From Leptolyngbyaceae cyanobacterium (GTDB lineage Bacteria > Cyanobacteriota > Cyanobacteriia > Phormidesmidales > Phormidesmidaceae), in the NCBI GenBank assembly GCA_965263355.1, contig CBDHHL010000032.1:3328001-3392000 (forward strand): a stretch of 64,000 nucleotides of DNA, given 5' to 3'. Below, piece by piece: positions 10,277-18,356 of this stretch. Under the pieces are notes generated by a model. That model was not told where the DNA came from. It ran no database searches and was given only the letters and a program-made list of their open reading frames with translations. The position numbers and the translations under genes are program-made. The first letter of the stretch is position 1, and each line of letters begins with the position of its first letter.

Positions 10277-10354
10277 CACTTCTCGGAAGTCGTTTTTAAC
10301 GACCTTCCCACAGAACTGAAAACCTGGCACTGTCGTCAGGTGGTGACGGGAGTA
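10277..10354 (+). ncRNA. Candidate structured sRNA, PsrR1(SyR1)-like
   Basis: Closing stem ACTTCTCG..CGGGAGT, inner hairpin GGAAGTCGTT-TTT-AACGACCTTCC, and AGAACTGAAAACCTGGCACTGTCGTCAGG, which resembles my recollection of the PsrR1 3' core; unverified. Confidence 0.4.
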
Positions 10355-10359
10355 TTCTA

Positions 10360-11633
10360 TAAAGCGGGAAATCAAATCATAGATAGCCTTGTATCAATAG
10401 ACACCTGGCCGTAAGAGTTTCCCCCTAGGAAAAAAGCTCTGCGGCAAAGCCCAGAGCCGTGTATCGTACCCTTGCGAATTACAGTCAGGGAACGATGAGT
10501 CACACTATACGAGAGCGAGGACAAAAAGTCTTCCAAGCCGTTAACGAAAAGTCAACTCAAGGCATAACGACGATTGCCTCAGCAATTGGGATCAGTAAAA
10601 GTAGTGTGCATCGTCATGAGCAAGCGATTCAACGTCGTAACCAGTATCCAGAATCAGAATTTTGGGAAAGTGAAGCCGGTAGTGCGTGGTTGAGACTGTT
10701 GGTGTTTGGCAGTATCTTTTTCTTTGGCATCAAACATGGCATCGGTGTTGGCGAGTTATCGCAATTTTTGAAAGCCCTTCGATTAGGGCTTCATGTGGGT
10801 TGTTCCCCAAGTGCCTTGACGAGGTTAAAAGCGCAAATGAAAGAGGCTATCGTCGCCTATGAAGCCTCTCAAGCAGACCATTGTCGTCCCGCAGAGGGAC
10901 AGGGGATAGGAGTGGGCTCAGACGAAGTCTTCTTTGGCTTGCCCGTGCTGGTGCTCATGGAATTGGGCAGTGGGTACATCTTCACCGAAGTTCAGAGCGA
11001 AGACCGTACCTATGCCACGTGGAGAGACCAGATTCAGGGGTGGTGGAGTCAGTCCGGAAGCCACACTGATATCGTCCGAGGCATTCATGCTTGGTGGTTA
11101 TGGGCCACTCACGCGCTGGAAACTCAAACCTCCTCTGTGGAGCTGCAAAATTGGGTAATAACGGCGCTGCTACCTTGGGTGTACTGGTTAGAGCAAACCG
11201 ATAAAACTCAGCAACATGAGTTGAAAGCTCGATACCAACAGGCGTCTGATAACGCAGCTCAACAACTCTTGGACCATCCCATCACTCAGACGATGGTGCC
11301 CACTGAACGTCAAATTTGGATTGATTGGGCCAAGTGGATGGTGACCCAGTATCAAAGCACCTCGTCGGCTGTCGAAGGACGTAATGGCTATCTGACTCGA
11401 TTACATCATTCGGGACGAGGGTTCTCCGAGCAAACCCTAAAGGTGCTCACCATTATCCATAATTTTCATCTCAAACGACCCGATGGCTCCACCGCCGCTC
11501 AGCGTTTATTTAACTATGAGTTTCCTGATTTATTTGACTGGGTCGTTGACCATATGGGCGCACTGCCACTGGCTCGTCAGTCTAAAAAAGCATATCGCCC
11601 TAATCCCTTTCACCTAGAAGGTTTCCCGGCTTA
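10360..11633 (+). mobile_element. Insertion sequence (DUF6399-type), probably internally deleted
   Basis: Imperfect terminal inverted repeats TAAAGCGGGAAA (10360-10371) and TTTCCCGGCTTA (11622-11633) bracket a transposase-like ORF. Confidence 0.6.
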
Positions 11634-11634
11634 A
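10495..11634 (+). CDS. DUF6399-domain putative transposase (in-frame internal deletion likely near 11060)
   Basis: N-terminal HTH (IASAIGISKSSVHRH), GSDEVFF acidic motif, SSAVEGRNGYL and IHNF..KRPDGSTAAQRLF; abrupt junction WWSQSG|SHTDIVRG. Confidence 0.7.
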   Translation: MSHTIRERGQKVFQAVNEKSTQGITTIASAIGISKSSVHRHEQAIQRRNQYPESEFWESEAGSAWLRLLVFGSIFFFGIKHGIGVGELSQFLKALRLGLHVGCSPSALTRLKAQMKEAIVAYEASQADHCRPAEGQGIGVGSDEVFFGLPVLVLMELGSGYIFTEVQSEDRTYATWRDQIQGWWSQSGSHTDIVRGIHAWWLWATHALETQTSSVELQNWVITALLPWVYWLEQTDKTQQHELKARYQQASDNAAQQLLDHPITQTMVPTERQIWIDWAKWMVTQYQSTSSAVEGRNGYLTRLHHSGRGFSEQTLKVLTIIHNFHLKRPDGSTAAQRLFNYEFPDLFDWVVDHMGALPLARQSKKAYRPNPFHLEGFPA

Positions 11635-11668
11635 AATATAGGCCAATATTTCGAGCACTTGAAATGCG

Positions 11669-12253
11669 ATGAAAACTCTAACTTACCTAATTCCCCTAGT
11701 TCTAGTTTCCTGCACAAGTTCTAATTGGAGATGTAGTCTCCCTCGCCACAACAATTGCGAATTCTCTAGTAGTGTAGACCGTCCACTTCGCATAGCCACA
11801 GAAGCTGTCTCAAAACTTGAGTTGCAACCATGCATTGCGGATTTAGAGCAGCCTCAAGTTCTCTCACTTTCTTCTAAGGCAGGTCAACTCAGTTATTACG
11901 TAGCGTTTCCTACAATGAATATGGAGACGCCAATTGATATGAGACAAGTCGAAAGCTTACGAACAATTTTTGCCACAGATGTTTGCTGCCAAGTTTTAGC
12001 TCAATCTCAGGCTCAAGAGCTTGCTCATCAGCTATTGAATATTCGTCATAAGAACCTAATTGTCTTATGGGAAGGAAATATAGAGGCTGCGTGGGGCGAT
12101 ATTGTTAATCGATGGGAACGTGACCATGTTGTTTCCGGTCCAGGTCAACATCCCTTATATTTAGATATCGAAGATATTTGGATAGCGAAAACATTAAACT
12201 TACATTTGCCAGAATATAGTCCTCTCTATATCAATTCTTCGACAGGGCAATAG
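11669..12253 (+). CDS. Hypothetical lipoprotein
   Basis: MKTLTYLIPLVLVSC lipobox-type signal; no family recognised. Confidence 0.55.
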   Translation: MKTLTYLIPLVLVSCTSSNWRCSLPRHNNCEFSSSVDRPLRIATEAVSKLELQPCIADLEQPQVLSLSSKAGQLSYYVAFPTMNMETPIDMRQVESLRTIFATDVCCQVLAQSQAQELAHQLLNIRHKNLIVLWEGNIEAAWGDIVNRWERDHVVSGPGQHPLYLDIEDIWIAKTLNLHLPEYSPLYINSSTGQ

Positions 12254-12473
12254 AGAAGACTAGACTGTAGACATAGTAGCTATGGTGGCTAATTATCCTT
12301 GCCAGAGTACTGTGTAAGCTTTCGATAAATTTGGGTTCTTAGACATCACAAGCTATATTTAGAAAAATTGTATGAAAAGGCAGGAAACTACAACATTACA
12401 AAATATCTTTAGTGCGATCGCATATCACTGTAGCCTGTATTAAGGCATAACACTCAGGAACTAGCCCGTATAT

Positions 12474-12561
12474 GCCTAACTTGGCATTGGAACAGATGTG
12501 TAGCTCAAGCATAAGACTCCCTCGGAAATATGCTTAACATCGCTCAACTTTATTGTTACCC
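12474..12561 (+). other. attC-like integron recombination site
   Basis: GCCTAAC (R'')-6nt-TTGGAAC..GATGT..AAGCATA-loop-TATGCTT..ACATC-GCTCAA-7nt-GTTACCC (R'), 88 bp, 38 nt before the next ATG. Confidence 0.6.
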
Positions 12562-12599
12562 TTTATCTAGAGCCAATGGTTTACCGACGGAGACTATAA

Positions 12600-13208
12600 A
12601 TGGACGCTGAAAAGTATGAAAAGCAACTAAGTGATATAGCACAAGAGCTTTGGATACATCGAGGACGACAATCAGGCGATACGCCTGATCAAAATGATCG
12701 AGAAAGGGCAGAAAGAATACTTAACCAAATAGATTCCTCAGAAGATAATTCCGTAAAGTATCGTGAGCTATATAAAATACTACGGGCATATGTTGTCCAT
12801 GAAGACAACTTAATCAATAATAGATTAGGCTGGCTTCTCACAAGCCAAGGTTTACTCTTCTCTGCATATGCCTTTTCCTTAGGAAAAGAGAATATCAGTA
12901 AGCTTCATATAGTCATTTTCATTCTTGGTATAAGCATAAGCATTATCAGTTTTATAATTGTTTCTCAGGCACAAATGGCCATAGAGAGCCTGCGCAAAAG
13001 TTGGCAAGATCTAGAGAACTTTTCTGATAAAGAGTTATTCCCACAATTGACAAGTGGTCTTAAATCTAACGAAAGTAGAAGCAGTTCGGATCATTTACTG
13101 TCTCGGTCTGTTTTAGCGATCCCACTTGCTTTTTTTATCGCTTGGATCTGTTTATCAGGGGTTTGGGACACTGGCATTGATTTTTTGCATCACCTACCAA
13201 AAGAATAA
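12600..13208 (+). CDS. Membrane protein: DUF2934-like N-terminus plus RipA-like multi-TM domain
   Basis: IAQELWIHRGRQSG...DRERAERIL; HEDNLINNRLGWLLTSQGLLFSAY followed by hydrophobic helices; AT-rich. Confidence 0.6.
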   Translation: MDAEKYEKQLSDIAQELWIHRGRQSGDTPDQNDRERAERILNQIDSSEDNSVKYRELYKILRAYVVHEDNLINNRLGWLLTSQGLLFSAYAFSLGKENISKLHIVIFILGISISIISFIIVSQAQMAIESLRKSWQDLENFSDKELFPQLTSGLKSNESRSSSDHLLSRSVLAIPLAFFIAWICLSGVWDTGIDFLHHLPKE

Positions 13209-13210
13209 CT

Positions 13211-13411
13211 ATGGGTAAATTTCCTGAAATCAAAAACTTAAACTACCAAGCTTTGTCTATTACAGCTGGTTGGCAGGTGATAATAAATATTTTTTTTGAA
13301 CTTGATCCAGATGATGATTTGAAGAATAGAGAAGTTATTAATATTGACGCTGATAAAGAGAACTTATCTCCCTGGGAAAAAGTCCTAAAAACCTATTTCT
13401 TTTCAAACTGA
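13211..13411 (+). pseudogene. Probably truncated small protein
   Basis: Starts 2 nt after the upstream stop; YQALSITAGWQVIINIFFELDP; its end overlaps the convergent gene. Confidence 0.4.
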
Positions 13412-13833
13412 GGCAAACTCTGCCCTTGTAAAATTGCCTCAGCTGCCGCCACTTGCCATTGACGAGCAATGTCTGCGTCATCACCCGCCGCTCTAAGGGC
13501 AGAGTTTGTCGCTTCAAGGCCATCCCGTGCACCTGCGGCCCAAGCCGGTGCCAAATAGTAATCAGAATAATCGAAATACCTCACACCGCCATCCATCATG
13601 TCAAGAGTGGCAGAAATGTCCGCGTATTTTGCATTTTCTCTCGTGGGTTGATCAAGCCATCGCTGGGCGACGCTGATAAAACTTCTCTCCCCCTCGTCAT
13701 TCACCTCAGACGGAAGACGTTGGGAAACATAATAAATCGTTTGCTGTACTACAGCTTGCTTAAAGCAGAGCTGTTGCTGTGGCGTCATCCGGCTAAATAA
13801 AGCCTCTAAGGTATTGCGGGATTCAGTGTTCAT
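13393..13833 (-). CDS. Hypothetical helical protein (immunity-protein-like)
   Basis: Strong RBS GGTGGAGAAGG before ATG 13833; ARQWQVAAA/AQRWL motifs. Confidence 0.65.
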   Translation of the reverse strand: MNTESRNTLEALFSRMTPQQQLCFKQAVVQQTIYYVSQRLPSEVNDEGERSFISVAQRWLDQPTRENAKYADISATLDMMDGGVRYFDYSDYYLAPAWAAGARDGLEATNSALRAAGDDADIARQWQVAAAEAILQGQSLPQFEKK

Positions 13834-14120
13834 AGCCTTCTCCACCTTAACCTACGGTCCTCAGTTATTCCACCACCTCTCAGGAGCAACCGCTTTGGCT
13901 GTGTTCTCTTGGTTTCTAGAGTTGTAGAATAACCTATCGTATAAACTAACCCCCTTGGCTGCTTAGGATAACCGATGTAGCGCATTCCTCCTTGAAAAAG
14001 TGATTTAGGTGGACAGATCTTTACTTTAATAGTACACTTGTTCTGTATCGTTAACAGTTGACATATTAGTTGTTGTCTTGCCAACGTTAGACAAATGAAT
14101 AATTACTGAGGAGAAATCTC

Positions 14121-14501
14121 ATGGCAAATAATCCTGTAGCTTGGTTTGAAATTTATGTAGACGATTTAAATAGGGCCAAAAAGTTTTATGAATCTGTGCT
14201 CAGTGTAACTTTGGAAATGTTGAATGACCCCAATGATCCCAGTATTGAAATGTTATCGTTTCCGTCAGATATGGAGAAGTATGGTGCTAGCGGTGCCCTA
14301 GTTAAAATGGAGGGTTTTGCAGCTGGTGGAAATAGTACATTGATCTATTTTTCATGCGAAGATTGTGCCATCGAAGAATCTAGAGTTGAAGCCGCAGGTG
14401 GTCGTATCCAAAAGCCAAAAATGTCTATTGGCAACTATGGCTTTATTTCTCTTGCTATAGATTCTGAAGGTAATATGTTTGGCTTGCACTCGATGCAATA
14501 A
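14121..14501 (+). CDS. VOC/glyoxalase family protein
   Basis: NPVAWFEIYVDDLNRAKKFY, DSEGNMFGLHS; RBS GAGGAG. Confidence 0.9.
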   Translation: MANNPVAWFEIYVDDLNRAKKFYESVLSVTLEMLNDPNDPSIEMLSFPSDMEKYGASGALVKMEGFAAGGNSTLIYFSCEDCAIEESRVEAAGGRIQKPKMSIGNYGFISLAIDSEGNMFGLHSMQ

Positions 14502-14573
14502 CTTGCAGCGAAATTCAAGAAAACTCATGATGTTTTTTAGGAGTGATTGGAGCTGCTCAATTTCACGTTATTT
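14496..14573 (+). other. Degenerate attC-like site
   Basis: CAATAAC (contains the VOC stop codon)-TTGCAGC...GCTCAA-TTTCAC-GTTATTT; R''/R' and L''/L' are complementary but the R''-L'' spacer is missing. Confidence 0.5.
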
Positions 14574-14592
14574 GTTTATCCAGTAGTCCAAC

Positions 14593-15003
14593 ATGGGTAT
14601 TGCTATGTCTCATAACACGAAAGCTATTAGTGACCTATTTGTTGTTATCGATGCCGAAAAGAATGCCTCCTTAGAGGTACCTGATGCTGAACTCTATGCT
14701 CGATTAGGGGCAAACTACGGTGGATTTAGGGGCTGTGAACTTATTTCATGTCATAGCTTTGAGAAGGATTGGGATAGTTGGGAGAATCATCCCCATGGAG
14801 ATGAGGTAGTTCTACTATTAGAAGGCAAGGTGACATTCCTGCTGCAGTTAGATAGTGGGCAAATATCTATAGTCCTAGAAAAGATGGGTGACTACGGCAT
14901 TGTGCCTAAAAATACCTGGCATACCGCGAAGATTCACAGCGCTTCAAGAGTGTTATTCATAACACCTGGTGAAGGCACAATGCTGAAAAGTATTGAATGC
15001 TGA
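14593..15003 (+). CDS. Cupin-domain protein
   Basis: WENHPHGDEVVLLLEG and VPKNTWHTA cupin motifs. Confidence 0.9.
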   Translation: MGIAMSHNTKAISDLFVVIDAEKNASLEVPDAELYARLGANYGGFRGCELISCHSFEKDWDSWENHPHGDEVVLLLEGKVTFLLQLDSGQISIVLEKMGDYGIVPKNTWHTAKIHSASRVLFITPGEGTMLKSIEC

Positions 15004-15272
15004 GGCCATTACCCAATCGATGGTGATTTCCTCTAATCCAAGGCCATCCGGGTTAATCACGATAGCATTAAACGATTGGACCTTGAATTGGCTTGGAACG
15101 GTTTGACCAGTTTCTAATACTTGATAAGCTATAGCATTTTCAATACAAGCGTATTACTAAAGCAGTTGCTTATCCTTGGCCGAAAAGCTTAATAAATCGA
15201 CCTGAGTGAGCAACGACACAATGGAAGATAACGAAGATCATAAAGTTTCGTTTGGAATGCTTCAGCTGGTAC

Positions 15273-15367
15273 CTGTTTCTCTATACAGAGAAGCAAACAG
15301 CTCACCTGTCTCTCCAACAAACAGCATAGTCCGTGCCCCCTAACATCGCTGCTAGGGGATTTTTTTT
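15273..15367 (+). ncRNA. Candidate sRNA or leader module A (hairpin, CU/AC-rich linker, terminator)
   Basis: GTTTCTCT-ATAC-AGAGAAGC hairpin, linker with CTCTCCAACAAAC, terminator CCCCTA..TAGGGGA-T8; no same-strand CDS directly upstream. Confidence 0.4.
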
Positions 15368-15523
15368 GCCTTGTGACACCAGTCACCAACGTTACTCAGC
15401 CAGTCTCAGAAACCCTTTAATCATATTTCAGGTACCGGTCAGATAGCGCTCAGCTACCCCCGGCATTCTTGTAATCAATGAAGCAATTCAAACACTTCAC
15501 TGATACCCCAAGGAGCTTTAACT

Positions 15524-15826
15524 ATGAAACGTACACTTCTTTCTGCTTTAACTCTTCTCGTTACATCTGCTGCTATTGCCCCCATTTCTTCCGCTATCGA
15601 GCCCACTAGCTTCAATATCCAAGAAGCTCGACTAGAAGCCCTGGATGCTCGCACTAAGAACAGTGTCCACAAACTACGCATTGAGCACCTTAACAACCAA
15701 ACTAAAGTCGTTGAGGATATTCAATCTGCTCGTTTAGACGCATTGGATGCTCGGACTAAAGCTGTCGATAACATCCAGGAAGCTCGCCTAGAGGCGCTAG
15801 ACGCCCGTACTAAGTCCATCCGCTAA
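15524..15826 (+). CDS. Secreted 100-aa protein with four tandem ~16-18-aa repeats
   Basis: RBS AAGGAG, signal peptide, then IQEARLEALDARTK / VHKLRIEHLNNQTK / IQSARLDALDARTK / IQEARLEALDARTK. Confidence 0.8.
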   Translation: MKRTLLSALTLLVTSAAIAPISSAIEPTSFNIQEARLEALDARTKNSVHKLRIEHLNNQTKVVEDIQSARLDALDARTKAVDNIQEARLEALDARTKSIR

Positions 15827-15897
15827 CAGAAGATTGCTGAGCTGTTGCGGTACTCGGGCTGACAAGCTTGGGTGCTCGGTGCAGACTCCGTAATCTG

Positions 15898-15987
15898 TGA
15901 AAGGCTTCATTTTCAGGGCACCCTTTTCCTCTCAGACTCTCCAAACACACACTCTAAGCCTCTGCCGGTATGGTGAAGGCTTTTTTT
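15898..15987 (+). ncRNA. Candidate sRNA or 3'UTR module B with terminator
   Basis: TGAAAGG..TTTTCA hairpin, linker ACTCTCCAAACACACACT, terminator AAGCCT..AGGC-T7. Confidence 0.4.
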
Positions 15988-16172
15988 GGGTTAGGGTTGC
16001 GATCGCAAATCAACCTCCATCCAGGATACGAATGCAACACTTAATGCCAGACTTTAGTCACACAATAAGCAGGCAACTTTTCTTAATTTCCAATCAATTA
16101 CTCAAGCAACCTGTGAGAAGTATCACTAAGCGCGCTTGATAGTCTTAATTATCTACATTGAACTTTTAACCT

Positions 16173-16679
16173 ATGAAAATAGTTCCCATCGTTCTCACCA
16201 CCGTCCTCGGTACCACAAGTATCTCGACCATTGACCAAACTAGCCCTATAGCCTTAGCCCAAAACGTTTCTGACAATTATTGGCGAGGCCAGCCGAGAGT
16301 AGTACTAATCGCCGATAACCCAACCTGGAAATTTGGGTATTTATCGCCTCGAAATATCGGCTCACACTATACTGATATCCTCGGCGATACCTACAACGCT
16401 AATCAGACTTGGTTAGCAGTCCCCTTTGTGCTGAAAAACAACAGCAACCAGACACAACAGAGAGACAACTTAATGATTGGTAGTAGGATTCGTTCTGGCA
16501 ATAACACCTATGACCCGAGTTTAATGGTCTTTACCGCCGTAGGAGACAATATTAATCCTTACGATCCGGGAGAAGCCAGAAAAGGGTTATTTTTATTTGA
16601 TGTCCCTAGCCATATCATCAACGCAGAGCAGCTGATTCTCCAAGGATGGTCAGATGCACCAACCATTATTGATTTTTAG
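16173..16679 (+). CDS. Secreted hypothetical protein, DUF4352/Ig-like
   Basis: Signal peptide; WLAVPFVLKNNS and PGEARKGLFLFDVP motifs. Confidence 0.6.
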   Translation: MKIVPIVLTTVLGTTSISTIDQTSPIALAQNVSDNYWRGQPRVVLIADNPTWKFGYLSPRNIGSHYTDILGDTYNANQTWLAVPFVLKNNSNQTQQRDNLMIGSRIRSGNNTYDPSLMVFTAVGDNINPYDPGEARKGLFLFDVPSHIINAEQLILQGWSDAPTIIDF

Positions 16680-16742
16680 ACACTAAAACGCTGCTAACCG
16701 ATTCGATAGCAGCGCCTACCCATTTGAAATCATCAGAGTAAT

Positions 16743-17291
16743 CTAAGCAGTCTGCATTTTCCGTCTGAACTGGCTTAGCAAATCAGCGGCCACCTTCTGC
16801 GCATCAAACGTCGGAGCCTTTGCCCTCCGGACCTGATCCACTTTCGCCTTAGTCACAGGATGCAAATCCTCGTACCCCATTTGGCTAGCTATCGCCATCA
16901 CCAACTGCTGCTCAGCCGTTAAACGCTGCCCTGCAATCTCAGACGCCTCCAAGTACAACGCCTCCATATCTAGTCCTGCCATTAGGTTCAACTCTTCCAG
17001 AGGCTCAGCCATATCATCCCGTTCAGCACTCTCCGCCACAACCAACGACGACTCAAGCGCCTCATGAATATCAAAGTCTTCTATCCTTCCACCAGCTACA
17101 ACATGCCGACGTAATAACCGCACTGATTTTGCCTGAGCTTGTGTAAGATACGCCCTATTATTTGAATCCTTCTCAGCCTTAATTCCTAAGTGCTTTAGAT
17201 AGTCGTAATAGGCTTGTCTTTTAATATCAAGTTCACGCATCAGCTCTTCCGGTCGGAACTGCTGTTCAACGGCGAAATTCCGGTTAACCAT
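16743..17291 (-). CDS. Hypothetical DNA-binding protein (N-terminal HTH-like)
   Basis: ELMRELDIKRQAYYDYLKHLGIK..RAYLT resembles a winged/MerR-like HTH of mobile-element proteins. Confidence 0.6.
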   Translation of the reverse strand: MVNRNFAVEQQFRPEELMRELDIKRQAYYDYLKHLGIKAEKDSNNRAYLTQAQAKSVRLLRRHVVAGGRIEDFDIHEALESSLVVAESAERDDMAEPLEELNLMAGLDMEALYLEASEIAGQRLTAEQQLVMAIASQMGYEDLHPVTKAKVDQVRRAKAPTFDAQKVAADLLSQFRRKMQTA

Positions 17292-17445
17292 AATTTTTCT
17301 TGAAAGTCAGCATACATATTATGGGAATCGTCAGACAAAAACATGACCGAGTATTTCCGGGTTTCCGGTGAAGATTCCATGAGCACCAGAAACAATTTTT
17401 GTTGAAATATTATTGTTTCAAAGGCAACTTATGAGGGGCCATACA

Positions 17446-17483
17446 AAAAAGATCCCTGGGATAGGAGAGAGAATCCCCAGGGA
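17446..17483 (-). terminator. Terminator of psb34-psb35
   Basis: On + strand: AAAAAAGA-TCCCTGGG..CCCAGGGA. Confidence 0.7.
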
Positions 17484-17524
17484 CCGATGGAATAGGCTAT
17501 AGATATCAGTTAAAACGAATGCAG

Positions 17525-17755
17525 TTAGCTGTTGGCTACGTTGCTGGTGTAAGCATCACCGCCAAAGGGATAGACACGCTCGTTGAAATCAGTTTCACGA
17601 CCGGTCACCAACTTGGCAACATCCTCGAAACCATCGGAGTTCCAGTTGCGCTCGTGGATAGGCTTAGACTGCTCACCAAAGAAGTAGGCCTGGGTACCAA
17701 GAATGGCTGCTGCGACCCAACCGACGATAATGACAGCTAATAAGATACCAAACAT
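17525..17755 (-). CDS. psb35: Photosystem II assembly protein Psb35
   Basis: VGWVAAAILGTQAYFFGEQSKPIHERNW signature; RBS AAGGAG. Confidence 0.75.
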   Translation of the reverse strand: MFGILLAVIIVGWVAAAILGTQAYFFGEQSKPIHERNWNSDGFEDVAKLVTGRETDFNERVYPFGGDAYTSNVANS

Positions 17756-17808
17756 AATTGCGTCTCCTTGTATTGAAGTGTGGTGTGACGTGAATGGACG
17801 TTTACGAA

Positions 17809-17979
17809 CTAGCTAACAGATAGGGCAGTTAGCATCAATGTGCCGATCAGTAGCGCAGCTAAACCACCCTGGAGCAGGTAACGACGCTGCTGCTCAGGAG
17901 CGGGATAGGACGCTAGATACATTTCGGGTTCGGTAGCGTAGTTATTGAGCTGCCCAGTTTCATTAATGGTTGTGTACAT
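17809..17979 (-). CDS. psb34: Ssl1498-family PSII assembly factor Psb34
   Basis: MYTTINETGQLNNYATEPEMYLASYPAPEQQRRYLLQG plus one TM helix; true start ATG 17979. Confidence 0.85.
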   Translation of the reverse strand: MYTTINETGQLNNYATEPEMYLASYPAPEQQRRYLLQGGLAALLIGTLMLTALSVS

Positions 17980-18011
17980 GGTTTTGATGTCCCTTTGTAA
18001 TGACTGCTTTC

Positions 18012-18029
18012 TATGTAAATTAATGTAAC
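18012..18029 (-). promoter_or_regulatory. HLR1 (RpaB-binding) element
   Basis: Minus strand reads GTTACATT-AA-TTTACATA, an exact match to (G/T)TTACA(T/A)(T/A)-N2-(G/T)TTACA(T/A)(T/A). Confidence 0.8.
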
Positions 18030-18191
18030 GCATTGCGTAACGATTTGTCAATTTGCTTGACAAAAATAGTTTTATTGATGTTATGAATTCAGTCTATGAA
18101 TCGCCACGGGAAACCGTAGCAACCTCGGCCCAACGCCTTTAACGGGCAATTTGTGTAGAGATTGACTTGATTGATGGGTTGCTGGTGCAAC

Positions 18192-18356
18192 TTACGGAGT
18201 ACCTGACGGTGGCAGCTGCACTTGCTCGATGGGAATGCCCAGCTGATTTGTTAGCTCTATAACATTGGTGGTCAACGTGGAAACATCATCCGAGACGGCA
18301 GCAGCTCCGCTGGCAATATTGCCGATGGCAGCGCCTAGGATAACTAGCTTTTTCAA
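18192..18356 (-). pseudogene. Orphan C-terminal gene remnant
   Basis: Frame reads (GRIGRC)LKKLVILGAAIGNIASGAAAVSDDVSTLTTNVIELTNQLGIPIEQVQLPPSGTP*, with an in-frame stop upstream and no ATG. Confidence 0.35.

Noticed and set aside
10291..10323. Resemblance of GTTTTTAACGACCTTCCC..TGAAAAC to a Cas12k-type repeat
   Set aside because: Single copy, only partial similarity, no array or CAST genes; better explained as part of a structured RNA
15004..15150. Minus-strand open frame AYQVLETG..EEITIDWVMAS
   Set aside because: No start codon and too short to assign; at most a gene scrap
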